A model generated the notes under the pieces. It was not told the DNA's origin, ran no database searches, and saw only the letters and a program-made list of their open reading frames with translations. Made by a program: the position numbers and the translations under genes. A stretch of DNA of 64,000 bases. Source: Catajapyx aquilonaris. Its lineage: Eukaryota. Location: assembly GCA_000934665.2 (NCBI GenBank), contig KZ538161.1, positions 1-64,000 on the forward strand, given 5' to 3'. Shown piece after piece: positions 1 through 40,676 of the stretch (the stretch's first letter is position 1; every line of letters begins with the position of its first letter).

Positions 1-428
1 CCCGCACCCCCGCAAGTGATTCGCCCCCCCCACACATCTTATCCGACACATGACTTTCCGCGATTTTGGTGATGGTGCGGTTGGCCTGTTCGATCGGATG
101 GAAAAGCTAACATACAAGGTAAGTCCAAAAAGTGAAGTGTACGGATCTTATGTGCCATGTGTGTTTTTGTTGCATACAGCGCCGCTTCTATCTCCCCCGC
201 ACCCCCCTTCCCCCGGGGGTTCGGACAGGGGTAGAAAGGCCCGGGGTTGGACTGAGTATGTGAGTGTGTCCGGCGCCGGTGTATGGACCGGGCGGGAAAA
301 ATCGGCAGTGCGTGTCCGGGACAGTTTTGGTGTTGGGAAGCAGCAGGTACGGTGCGGGTGATTGTGGTATACTAAACGGGTAACGGTGATGGGTACTAAA
401 TGGGTATTAAAAATAGGCACGTTGACAA

Positions 429-524
429 TCAAGACACAAGTGAACCAAATGCCCCTGTACGCCGCAACTATAACAGTCAAGGCACAAGTGAACCAAATGC
501 CCAACTGCGCCGCAACAATAACAT
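429..524. repeat. Tandem duplication, 2 x 48 bp
   Basis: tcaagacacaagtgaaccaaatgcccctgtacgccgcaactataacag followed by tcaaggcacaagtgaaccaaatgcccaactgcgccgcaacaataacat. Confidence 0.9.
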
Positions 525-665
525 TCCTTACAATAACTCTATAGTGCAGGGCTTTAAAAAATTTTATCCGGGCACTTCGCACGGTGATTGATAAATAAAT
601 GTGCCACAATTGCAACAGATGAGACATCAAACATAATTTTAAAATTCTGAATTTTTAGGGCATCA

Positions 666-1766
666 AAAAAAGTGCAGTTTTCGGACTTTTCCCTAAATCA
701 GCGGTAAGACGTCAGTGTGGCAAGTTTAAGCACAGTACTCTGAAAGTGGGTTAGGTAGCCGTGACATACATAAATAGCCAACAAACTGTCTTGCTTATAT
801 TTGTGAGAGTTTCGAAAAATTCCGGCGGTCCACACCATCCATCGTTTTAACAATACCCCGGAACATGATGCCGTTTCCTTGTCCGGTCCTCCAACTTACA
901 CCCCTTGCTGAATGGAGGGTCCTCTAGCAAAGCAACAACTTTTCCGGGGAACCCCAAAAGAAAAGGGCGGGTCACATACACGAGTGCTGACATTTTTCAT
1001 CCCTGGTTTGGCACACGGCTTTTGCCACATTATAAAAAAAGGTCGGGCATACAAAAGTCAGTAGCAAAGTTTCCCCCCCCTCTTGGTCCGCTTGCCTTCT
1101 TGGACACTCGTGTTCACTTGCCAGTCTTTTGGAAAAGGAAAACCCTGAGAGAGAGCAGGAGAGGGGGACAAACTTTCTGTGAATGAAACCTTTTGAACGG
1201 AAAAGGAACCACCTCTCTAGCCCCTATATATACATTTAACTCTTAGGCTTACAAATGGTTCGGGGGTCCTTCTCGTGCGCCGCCCCATCCAAGCTACAAC
1301 TCTAAACCTTCCTCATTCAATTTGTACCCGCTGAATAGAGGTACATGAAATACCGTCCGATGACTTGTGCACAAAAGGAATGAAAGAACAACCCCCTGGG
1401 GTGGGGAAAAACTCTTCGGTAGCGACAAAGGTGTTGTACAGGTGACCGCCGGCTTTTTATATAGGATGGGTTTTGATGTGAATGGCTACTTAGGAATGAA
1501 ATAAGAGTGTTATTCTGGCCCGGCATGAAGTGGTCGGTTTCACCAACCAAAGAACCCCCCGTTAATAATATTGGAGACACAAAATATTCGTTGGTTAGCT
1601 AACCGTTAGGTCGCGGGTGGTATGTCGACATACCACCCGCCAACTAACGGTTAGCTCGAATCCGAGCTACCTAACCCACTACCGAACTGCTGATAGTGCT
1701 GAAACTTGGTACACTGATGGTTTACATGCCGATGATTGAGACAAAAGTCCGAAAACCGCACTTTTT
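666..1766. mobile_element. ~1.1 kb non-autonomous inverted-repeat element with ~95 bp imperfect inverted arms
   Basis: aaaaagtgcagttttcggactttt (from 666) vs aaaagtccgaaaaccgcacttttt (1743-1766), 1 mismatch. Homology continues inward to agtgggttaggtagc / gctacctaacccact. No transposase ORF or TSD identified. Confidence 0.65.
1597..1656. repeat. 60-bp palindrome (28/30 paired, no loop)
   Basis: agctaaccgttaggtcgcgggtggtatgtc|gacataccacccgccaactaacggttagct. Confidence 0.92.
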
Positions 1767-4700
1767 AAAAGTCAAACTAATCCTGGCTTATACTTTACCA
1801 ATTACCATCATGGAAACATGCTGCTGCTGTCGACTAATATTACGTGAAAATGGCTGATTACGTTACTAACAGTGTGGGAATATTTTAGGCTGCACAATAT
1901 TATCCAGAGTTATAGTGTTATCCCTCGGGAGAGAGCAGGCCCAGTCAACTGAGACATAGCCGCTGGTCTAAATGAAATGAGATGGCACGTTAACTGGCAG
2001 TAAATAGACTAAACAGCGGGAGCGCGTTCCCAATTAGCTTAATTCCGTTTGGGCGATGAAGGGGCTCCGGGTTTTGGGGGGACTTGCTGCCAGGAGAAAT
2101 GGAGGGGCTTGCTTGCATGTAGTGTGTGTTGGGAGGTTATAGAGAGAGAGAGGGGGGGGAGGGTGGTCCATATACTATAGGGATGCTGGATGAAATGCCT
2201 GGGATGGATGGTTGGTTGGTTGGTTGGACGGTTGGGTGCTCATCCATCCCATCAGAGGCAAAGGGAAAACAAAGCCTTGCCCCATCACAGATTGGCGGGG
2301 AAAAGGTCACAGCGGGGGGGTTATACCTGGTGCTGTGTGTTGCACAAATGCCAACTATTTCTAGGTGGCATGTGGGGGAGGGGGGGTCCCCTTTTCAAAT
2401 GTGCTGGGTTTTGTGTAGAAGATATTCAGAAAGAGCAGTCTAATTTTTTGGACAAAATTTGAGTTGGGCATTGTAAAGACTGTCGAAGTCAGTTTATTCT
2501 CAAGCACTAGCAGTCACTAGCAGCTATAAAAACAAAAGCGGATGAGATAATATCCGGCAGAAAATTATGGCCATCATGCGAATTTATAAAGCTGGTGAAG
2601 TGTGTGAGTGAAATTATTGAGAGTGCGGCAAATAATATGTGTAGGATAGAAAATTATTCCCAACTCAGTGTGATTTTTATTCACACTCCGCTCACTTTTC
2701 ATTTGTCTATCAGAATCTCATGCGCCAAGTAAAATATTTGGGTAATTTCAGCATTTTCAATGTGTTATTCATTATTGGCAACAATGACTTGTGCCAAGAA
2801 AATTATTTCCGGAGTTAGTGCAACTGCTGGATTGCGCAATGATTTAAATGTGACCGGTCATTCAATTTGTTTATGTACGTTTTTAAAGTTTATGCGCCGG
2901 GGTACTACTGTATAGTTTGCTAACAATATTATTATAAAAGAGAGACATTGACATGGCTCACAAATTATTGTAGAGTTGGCCAGATCTTGTGCCAGTAGAA
3001 TATTTAACATATGCGCATGATTATTATTTGCTATTTTCAGGAATAGCCTTTGAGTAAAAATATGCACAATAGGACGCGGTTTCGCGAATAACATTCAGTT
3101 TGCAGTTTCCACAGTGAGCACTCGAAGACTTCCCGTAATATTCTTGCAACCGGGCCTAAGTTTGCCAATTTGTGTCTGCTTGACACTGAGTGTACCGGTA
3201 TCATGGAAAATGACAATTTTAAAATGTATACAGGATAGAATTTGTGTATTAGCGATTCTCCTTCCCAAGGCCGCACGATCAACTCTACAGTAAAGTTCCC
3301 GGTTTATCCAACTGCAGTATAAGTTTGCTGACATAATGGTCAGTATAGAGAAACTCCCGAGTGGTCAATTAGGCACATTATTACTTATTTCTGTTTTCAT
3401 TGAAAATATATTATCGGCCTAGTGAGTTGCATTTTCAACTAGTAAATTTAGCAGTTTTGATCCAGTTTGCTGATATGTTCCGGTAAAATATTTTTACTGC
3501 AGTGGACGCGGTACAAAAAATTTCGCGATGTTTTTGTTGCACAGTCCGTCATAGGCACCACCTGCATCCTTTTTTAAAAAATACTGGACACACGAATTAA
3601 TGACTCCCCAAGACGATAATTGCCCATTTCTTGCACCTTGACGACTTAGTCATCATACCGCCACTGTTGGTGGCGCGGTTTTCTCACGCATTTAGTTGTC
3701 CAGAGATGATGACTTCAAGCAGCCAAATTTGATACATCGGCCTGCGATGAAAAGAAAGTCTTCTAAAAATGTCCGGTTTTCCTTTTGACATTCGGAGTGT
3801 AGCACCGGTAGTCGCCTCCTCCTTCTTTATCACATTATATCCCGGCAATGGGGCGGTCCAAGTAACGCTTTACAGACAACGTTTGATGTGTCCCGCGTGT
3901 GCTGTATTTGCCACACTGTGTTGAGGGGGGTCCTTCTCTTCTTGAAAGGAATCCGTGCACCATCAGTCACGCCTTTGCCTAAAGAAAACCTCCACAAGAA
4001 AAAGGACCCCCAAAGCATGACCAAGGGATGGAATCGCCACTTCAAATTTTTTGTGAGCTAAGTCCTTTTGCATGAGGATTCGATTCTAATTGGCCCCAGG
4101 CTCCCTTTTCCTTTTTACTGAGAGACCGGCTTTTGTAGTAGCCTGCTTTTCTTGCCAAACCTATTTAACAGGCCAATTACATGAGAGGACTTGGGAGATG
4201 TTAAGTCACAAACTGGAAAAATAGTGCTGGGCGAATGTAAATATTGTTCTAGTTGTTTGGCACGCTTATGTCATGTCGGCTGTGTTGTAATTGTGGGGTT
4301 GTAATGATGAAATGATTATATTATTTTATTAAAAAGAGCACGGGCAACTTTTACATGTCTATTACTGTATTTGTCCACGTCTGAACTTACCAAATTCCTT
4401 CCAACTTTTCAAAAAAAATATAGGGCCGCAAACTGTCAAACGGTATGCCCTCAATTTATAATTGCAGTCCTTCCCAAGTTTGTAGATCATATCTAGTTTT
4501 GAGCAGCGGTTTTGCGCCGGGTTGGGTCCTCTCGCCGCAGAAATTTCGGGGGTTGTCTTCTGCAGCAGAAGCGAGGGCTCGAAGGAAAAGGAAAAGCATC
4601 CCCAAGCAGCATAGCAAAAGGTGTGGGCACAAGTTGAGCAAATTAAAATGCATGAGTGTGCTCGAATACCTGGGATGATGTTCCTGCAGTAGCATCCCCA

Positions 4701-6627
4701 GTGACGCAATTAGAGGGGGATATATACACCATAGAAAAAGGGGGTTGGATGTGTGGGGTTTGCGCTTTTAATCACCCGCGATTCATCGTTCAAATCGAAT
4801 CCAGTCTGGAAACCTTTGGCAGTCTGTACCCCCAGCACCCTCCCAGTGATTGTTGCCTGTAGGATGAGGTGGAAACTTTTTTTTTTTTTCGGAGCAATTA
4901 AGCCGGAGTTCCGCCCTGGTTTGAACAGTGAGAACACCCCCACCCCCCTCACTCGACTATATAGCTCTCTCACAGAGGTGGTAATTAACCGTTGACTCTG
5001 ACGTTTACTGTGCATTCAGGTAAACTTTTCCACGCTTGTTCGAAACTTTTCCCTTTTTTTAAAAAAACAAAAGAAAACAAAAACAAATTCCACCGCTGCC
5101 TGATGATGCCTACAATCAATTAGGCCCAGCCGGCTGAATAGAAAGAAATAATTGGAGCCGGATTGTGTAAGTCGGAAGGTGACGAACGAAACTTGTTCAA
5201 AAATAGTTTTGTGACGAGGTGAAAGCTCGGGTGTGATCATGTGATAGAAGTGATGCTGTAATTGTTGCGAACTATACACAGGTTACTTGGTTTTAAATAA
5301 GACTCTTAGAATTATCGGTGCTTTTGGATTCACCTTTTATTATCGATGGTGTCGGATGCGGAATCTGATCAAGCGATATTTTTTGTGCATTGTGAATTTT
5401 CCTTAGCTATTCTTGTCAGATTTAATCTAACTACCTCATTTGTCCTGTGATTACTGCTACTGTAATCAATAGGGAGAGTTTTTGATGCGAACCTATTCAT
5501 TAGTGATTACAGGAGAGAATAATCCTCTGATGGTTAATATTAATAAAAAGTGATGGATAGTTATTTGTAGCCTACATGATCAACGAATGGCAAATTGTTG
5601 TTCTTAGAAAGATGGTGCGATGCATGCAATTTGCTAACATGAATACCATTAAGTATAGTGAGACATGACATGAGTCCAAGCCGCTATGTGACTACTGAAA
5701 TCTGAATGTCACGTAAAGCCTTGGGTGGCATCATTGTTGTGGGAAGTTAGAGCACAAATTATTGAGAGAATATGTCATGAGTATGGAAATTTTATGATTG
5801 TCACGACATGGAATGATCACGAGCATCACATGTTCCAAATATATTTTCATTGAAATACCTGCACAAGATATCTTCATATATTAACCTTCAAACACTTGTA
5901 AACTATTGAGCCAATATAACAAGAGCACCGCACAGCTTCACACCTCATTATCGCTCACCACAAAAGACATCGTCGCGTTTGTAACAACGCCTAAGAAACT
6001 TCTGTGCTTTCGCTGTTTCTGTGAGGAGGGTTTTTTTGAGCTAAGCTGACTCCGGTATAAGAAGCGGCTGCTGGGAGAGAACAATGGTAGACAAGCAGGG
6101 AGGGTGAAGATTTGTCATAATTTTGTCTATTATGCTCCCTGTCACGACCATGTCCCGTGATATCCGGAACAAAGGATTGGTGTCAGCCAAAACAAATGGA
6201 GCGGAGTGATGTGCGCTTCCAAGGGTTATGACTTTGCATTTTCTTACCTCCTCCTCCTTCCCAACACCAATGTTTGTTTATGGTCCTTTTTTCTCTGAGC
6301 TTAAATTTTGTACGGGTTTTAACCTCAAACTTCCTGGACGGATAATTGGCCAGCATGGCGAATGAGCAAAAGAAAAAGAATGTTGCCCTCTGTGTGTGGT
6401 GTCCGTTTCGAGAAGAGTCAGATGGCAGTCAGATAGCACGTCATTTTTAGCCCCTTGGCTGGTTCATTAGAAAGCAGAGACAGAGCAGAGGGGGTCTTAT
6501 CACCAACTGTCAATGCAACTGGACAAGTGGGTGGGCCCCAAGTGTACAAAACCCGGTTTTTTGTGTGTGTAGTGTATAAGCTGGCGTGGCAACGTGACAG
6601 AAACATATCTCTTTTTTTATTTTGCAG

Positions 6628-6721
6628 GAAAACGTTGGCAGCTCTGGTACTCAAGGAACTGGCAGGGAGGCCCAGCGGAAGTGTCACTGACTTCAGGGCA
6701 TATTCCAATGGGTCTGCTTTA

Positions 6722-6737
<16 letters not shown>
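6628..6737 (+). other. Pax6: Pax6 exon carrying 5'UTR plus the first five codons
   Basis: Strong acceptor ctttttttattttgcag at 6611-6627 and donor AAG|gtaagg at 6737/6738; splices in phase to GHSG. The acceptor implies at least one further upstream exon. Confidence 0.75.
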
Positions 6738-35023
<28,286 letters not shown>

Positions 35024-36238
35024 TTCACGTTGCTCACTTGAAGAACCATGCAAAAGACGGCATGGACATCAGTTTCGTCCCCCAAGCTATATACATTAAA
35101 AAATTTTAAAAACTAAAAAAACAATGTGTGTCAACAGTGGTGTTTCTTGTGGTGAGAGGTTCAAAAATATGTGGAAGGGGGGAAAAAAATATGAGAAAAA
35201 GTAAAAAAAAAAAAATGAACATTTTTTCAAAAAAAATGTGGACAAACAATGTGTAAGTATTGAAGAATACTTGAAGACAAGAGCGTTCATATTTGTGCGA
35301 CTATAGTGAAAACAAATGGATGTGACAATGTGACTACTATACAGTGGTTTGTTCATTTTTTTTGTTTAAATTTCTGGTGTGATAGTGGCAAAAGGTTTGT
35401 TTTTTTTTTGGAACAAAAAAGTGCAGGACATGAGTGGTCTGGTTAATAATGGGACAGTTTCACCAAAGACATAATTAAAATAATTGAAAGAAAAAAAAAA
35501 AGACGCCCAATAGAAAGGCCTGAAACCTTCCGGGACACAGGGTCATAACTTAAGTACGGTACGGTAATTTAAAAAAAATATATAGCTTAATCCCAACAGC
35601 AGTAATTGTCCTTGTAGGCGAAAAAAAAATTATAAATATTATATATTACAAACAAAAAAATAAATAACGGTGTTGGAAATGAGATGGAGATTCAACTTTT
35701 CTACAATCAATGCATGTGATGCATCGCATTAACTGCAACATACTAATTAATAAACAATAATTAATTAATTTAAATTGCTCTCCCAAGCATTCTTTAAGAG
35801 TGGGATCTCCAGCCTTAAAGAATTCTCTCGCTATTGTCTTAAGGTGCCAAGAATATATCGGTCAGATACAGTACGTAACTCACTTTTTTCTCATTAACTG
35901 TCAACTTAATGACAAACGCCCCCACCACGACTTTAATTGTTCTACTCTGATTTATTGGCTCTTTTAAGAAGTTTCTTGGCCCTGCCGACAATACCAGTAA
36001 ACTTTAAGCACTCCTCTATGTATAGTTGCAATTACTGTGTACATGTAAATACATTGTTTATAAGAGTTGTACATGTGTCTGGTTCTACTGTAGCCCACCT
36101 GAGTCCAAGTATAAATGAATACATTAATACAAACATTGGGACTTGATATCTTGTTATGTATTTATTTCCCACCAGTGCATTTATATATGTACTTTTAAAT
36201 CACAGCCAGTTCATACACAATGAGAATGTCAGTGCTTG

Positions 36239-38942
36239 TTACAGCAATAGTCGAGCGTTCTGGTCTGCGACTGGACTTTCGATTTCTTCCACGGCTCCAT
36301 AGCTTGGTCTTTCAGGTAGCAGCGGAGACCTTTCATCGTCGTCGCCGGTATGCACCACTTCATGATCGCCTGATGCATGCCGAGCTATCAGCATCTGGAC
36401 AACCGCACTCAAAATCACCATGACTATCCACACAACCACCAGTATTGTATCTAAAAATTGAAGGTAAGGCACTGCGATTAATGGCGACATACAACAAATT
36501 CACACACATTACCTTTCATTTGGAATGGTACATCCAAAATGGCACGGTCGAACTCGTGCACGTACATTCGGCGAACTGTATTAATCAGGAGATATTTCAG
36601 GCTTGCGCCAATATAAAAGTCTATGGCAAGGACAAAGCTCATGGAACCTACAATGGCACAGCTAATTGTGCTGCCCTGAAAGCAAAATTGTCAAAAAATT
36701 ACTATTCAGGTCATAATTACATGTCGAATGGTATTCTCACCATTGTTTTCATGAACAAAAACCCAGATGGAACCAGGACTATTGCAGCTACGAATATTAG
36801 CCAGAAGTTAACGTCTGACTTGAAAACACCCAAATCACCTACCAAGAATGCTTGTTAGATACGGTCACGACACATTAAAAAATAGCAGAACACTTACCAA
36901 ACGGGGTAGACATGAGCATCATCGCAAAAAAGAAGCCCATTCCAAATGAATCCCACAATACAATGACCAGTACCGAGAAGAATATGCACTGAAACAAAAA
37001 TATGCACCATCCGAAAATCCCAATTGTTATGTGGATGTGCATTAATTCTGAAAAGTCAATAATGGTCAGTACCAGTTCACGTAACAATTGCATAGGCGTA
37101 CCTTGAATAACACCGTGCGCTGGAATTCCGGTTATGGCTCCAATTCCAAACGGAAAAAGCCAGACGAGAAACACACCCACGGACGTTTTCAGATGGAAGT
37201 GCCCCAGAAATGCAATCATTATTCCCATAATGAACATGGCTATACAACATGCATGCGAAAAGGCAGCTGAAAACAACACATAATTCTATTAATCTGTTCA
37301 ACGCTTGAATTATTCCAAGTAACACTTACTATTTATTGGATGGCATGTACCACCCGAACCTGAATTGCAAGTGTACATAAAGGCAGGTACGTACGCCGAC
37401 TTGCCGCCTGATTGTTTGCTCTTGGCAATTACAGCGCAGATGGACGGTAGGGCATCGTAAGCACTGAAAGTCACTCGGGTCACCGGGTCAATTGTCGGTA
37501 CATTAACCTGCAGTAAGTTTAACATTATTATCCGATAAGCGCACTATCTTAATGGTACGCACCTGATGCCCATACTTTTGAATGCTTTCCACCGTAGACA
37601 TTTTGACAATGCTGTCAAAGTAGGTGATTTCCGACATGTCCCCTTCTGGCGCATAAAAATGGTACACCTCGTATTCTACTTGTTTTGATTCACAGGATGG
37701 ATTCATGACTGGAGGTGAAGCCAACTGATATTCAAAGTTAACTACGGTGTAGTTGAACGAGGTAATCATGAAAGGTGACGTCGGCAGCGGGAATTCCATT
37801 GAACATCCGCCTGGTACTGGGTCTAATGAGTTAATATCAGCACAGTTAATCCAAAAGCACGCCAAGTTCATTACACACTACCATTGATTCGGGGTGAACT
37901 TTAACGCAGCATGTTGATATTCACTGACATTTAATTCAATGGCGAAATTTTGAAACCGCAGGGCAAATTCCATGTAGGCCACTTATCAATCAATAATCAT
38001 GATTAGTCTCCGGTTTTATATGAGCCAGATTCCAACACATTTATTAGAAAATTAAATACAGTTGAATCCGCTTCGACTATAACAGACTTTCAGTTATAGC
38101 AGACTCGAAAGGCAGGTCCTGACATATGTGGCCTATGTATTCGGCTATAACATACTTTTTTTGTGGTCTCTTATACGGATTCAACTGTAATTTAATTATC
38201 GCAATTTAAAAGTCGATCCAAATCAGCAGTCTTAACCGTACAAAAAAATACGATGAAACACACCTGTGTCCTTATACTCCACGAGTAACAACAGGACATT
38301 CACAGTCCGATTATGATTCGGATTTGAAAGATACACAGCCGACGTCTGAATCCCACTTTGGATCCACGATTGCAACCCAACGTCGGTTCCATTAATATGA
38401 TTATTAATAGTCAGTTTGATCGCCTGCGACATCGTCAACTCTTTAAGCCCATGAGCTTGGATAATAACAAACTCGGTGTCGGAGGCCGTGTCGGTCGCTT
38501 TTAGATTCAATATGCAACCTGACGTCATGCTCACGTACGCCGGCACATTCGGTTGCAGGTCGTACTCCTCAACACCTGCAATGTAACATTTAGTTGTCAA
38601 CGCCTACAATGTAATGTACTATTTTATTGTCATTTGGTTGCAAGTCCTTGTATGTTCAATAATTGGCAGTTTAAATTATTATTTTTCTTTGAGCTTTGTT
38701 GCCTTTTGGTATGTCATGAGTGTTTATTAGTGTAGTAATTGCCTACCGGTAATTTTTAAAATATATGTACACACCTGAAATTCCATCTCTGCACACTTTC
38801 CGATCAAACTCGACTCCTCTAGCCGCATAAATCAGCACAAAAAGCAGCACAACACTGCACGTCCTGTCATCCCAAAAACCACAAAAAAACTAGGTCAGAT
38901 CTAAAAACCGGTTGCCCCTTCAACCCCCACAAGTTACCTCAT
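36239..38942 (-). CDS. TM7SF3: Transmembrane 7 superfamily member 3-like; signal peptide, luminal domain, multi-pass TM region; ~561 aa
   Basis: Minus-strand exons: 38942-38938 (ATGAG), 38863-38775, 38575-38264, 37822-37563, 37507-37330, 37266-36898, 36838-36741, 36675-36513, 36450-36239 (sum 1686 nt, phases consistent). Motifs DPVPGGCSMEF, FLGHFHLK, CAIVGSMSFVLAIDFYIG...FDRAILDVPFQMKD and ERSPLL resemble TM7SF3 as I recall it. N-terminus MRTCSVVLLFVLIYAARG is signal-peptide-like. Confidence 0.9.
38057..38189. mobile_element. pogo/Tc1-like MITE in TM7SF3 intron 3
   Basis: tacagttgaatccg ... cggattcaactgta perfect 14-bp inverted ends including TA. Confidence 0.78.
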
Positions 38943-39078
38943 GGTCCCAGCCGGTGTCACCAAAAAACCTGTGACTCAACCTCTCGTGTTGTCAACACAT
39001 CACGAGGACTCACGGACTCCAACGAGAAAGTTTTATCTTCAAAAAGTTTTTAACTACGTTGCGCAATTTCCAGTGGGC

Positions 39079-39090
39079 GCGGCCATCTTT
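39079..39090 (-). promoter_or_regulatory. YY1/Pho-like motif in the probable TM7SF3 promoter/5' region
   Basis: AAAGATGGCCGC on the minus strand ~140 nt upstream of the TM7SF3 ATG; motif match only. Confidence 0.3.
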
Positions 39091-40420
39091 TGAAATGGAA
39101 ATCAGGGTCGCCAACCACGAGCACGGTTGCCAATAGTGCTTCAAGGGGGGAATGGACCCCCAGTCGAAAATTTTGGATCGTGCGCACATTTCGAGAGAGG
39201 AAAATCGATTAGAAAAGGGGGGTTCAGAGAGGCTTAGGGTGGGGGAGGAAAAAAAAAAAGAGTACTGTACATGCACAATTGCAAAATATTTGTGCATTTA
39301 AATAAAGCAACATGTTGAATACAGTACTGTATATATGCAAATAATGTGTAATTTGCTGTCTATTAATGCTTGGCTGTAATATTTACTGATATTTATGATA
39401 TAAAAGAGTGTCCATATATGCTCAATAATGTGGTTGATGAATTTTTGCATGATTGTTTAGGGCGGTTTCCGAAATTTGCGTGCGGAAAAATGGCAGGGGG
39501 GTACCGGACAAAATCATCAGCTGAAGTCGCCTTTATAAGTGTTTAGGGGGCGATTGCAATCACATGTCATGTAAACTTCCGAGCCAATGACCTTTCCAAG
39601 ACTCGATTCTTAGCAAGGTGTTTTTATTTCCAACCCCCAAAGTTATGCCGTGTTTCGAACCCTAATTGGAACAGGCAAGGGTGCCAGACGCTCAATATTC
39701 ATTACGCTCAAAAGTGGTTCAATAACTAGTTAAATAAGGTTTAAACTGTTCACTATTGAAGTTTAATATTTAATCATATTTATTAATATTAAACGGATTG
39801 CTAGTTAATGTTGAAATCGGTATCGGAACTTGCAGGCAATGGAATGATCTGGCAACCCCTGTCAGTTTTCATCGGGTGTCAAAGAAAAAAAAAAACACCG
39901 AATACTACTAGTGGTTTTGTAGTGACTAATTTTTAATTTTTTAAAAAAAGCCAATTGCTGGTTTTTTTGTAATCTAGTCAGTGTTTTATCTGGAGTATCT
40001 TCAGGAGGAGGACAGAAGGACCTAGGGGTGTGTGAGATGAGACGAGGCGGAGTATGGATCTGTACATAACTAGGCCCAGGCCCCCAAAAGGAAGGTAAAT
40101 TGGAACACGAATTATATTGTTGGGGGTACAGCATGTTTTGTGAGGTGGTGGCATTGCCTGTGGGGGGTTTAATTAGTGTTAATTGTACGTGCAATCAGGG
40201 TCAGGATTGGAAGAAGTGCGGAACAGTCATGTTCCGTTATCCGCAATCGAAAGTATTCGTGGAGTACGATACGTTGTCAAGCGTACTGTGTAACAAATTG
40301 TGTTCTGCACGGCTTTCAGGCAGTGGTGGTATTGCACAAGTGCGATTCATGTACTGTCAAACATTATTGTCGGTCAAGGAGCCCTGTCAAGTCTCAAGTC
40401 GTTGACTGTTAGACTAAATA

Positions 40421-40536
40421 TTTGGTTGGTGGCCAACCATAATAATAATAATAATATTATTGCCACCAACCAATAACCTTTATTGGCATAATAATAATAA
40501 TAATAATATTATTGCCAACAACCAACCTTTATTGGC

Positions 40537-40578
<42 letters not shown>

Positions 40579-40627
40579 GTAATAATAGTAATACTAATTT
40601 TGCCAACAACCAATAACCTTTATTGGC

Positions 40628-40676
<49 letters not shown>
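40421..40676. repeat. Composite repeat: (AAT)n tracts separated by a ~30-bp unit repeated 3 times
   Basis: ttgcca(c/a)caacc(aat)aacctttattggcata x3, interspersed with (aat)n of variable length. Confidence 0.92.

Noticed and set aside
148..630. 160-aa minus-strand ORF with an internal repeat
   Set aside because: The repeat is just the 48-bp tandem duplication; no recognisable domain.
36445..36858. 137-aa plus-strand ORF
   Set aside because: Antisense shadow of TM7SF3 exons.
40421..40676. CRISPR-like repeat/spacer pattern
   Set aside because: Spacers are (AAT)n microsatellite, the context is eukaryotic and there are no cas genes.
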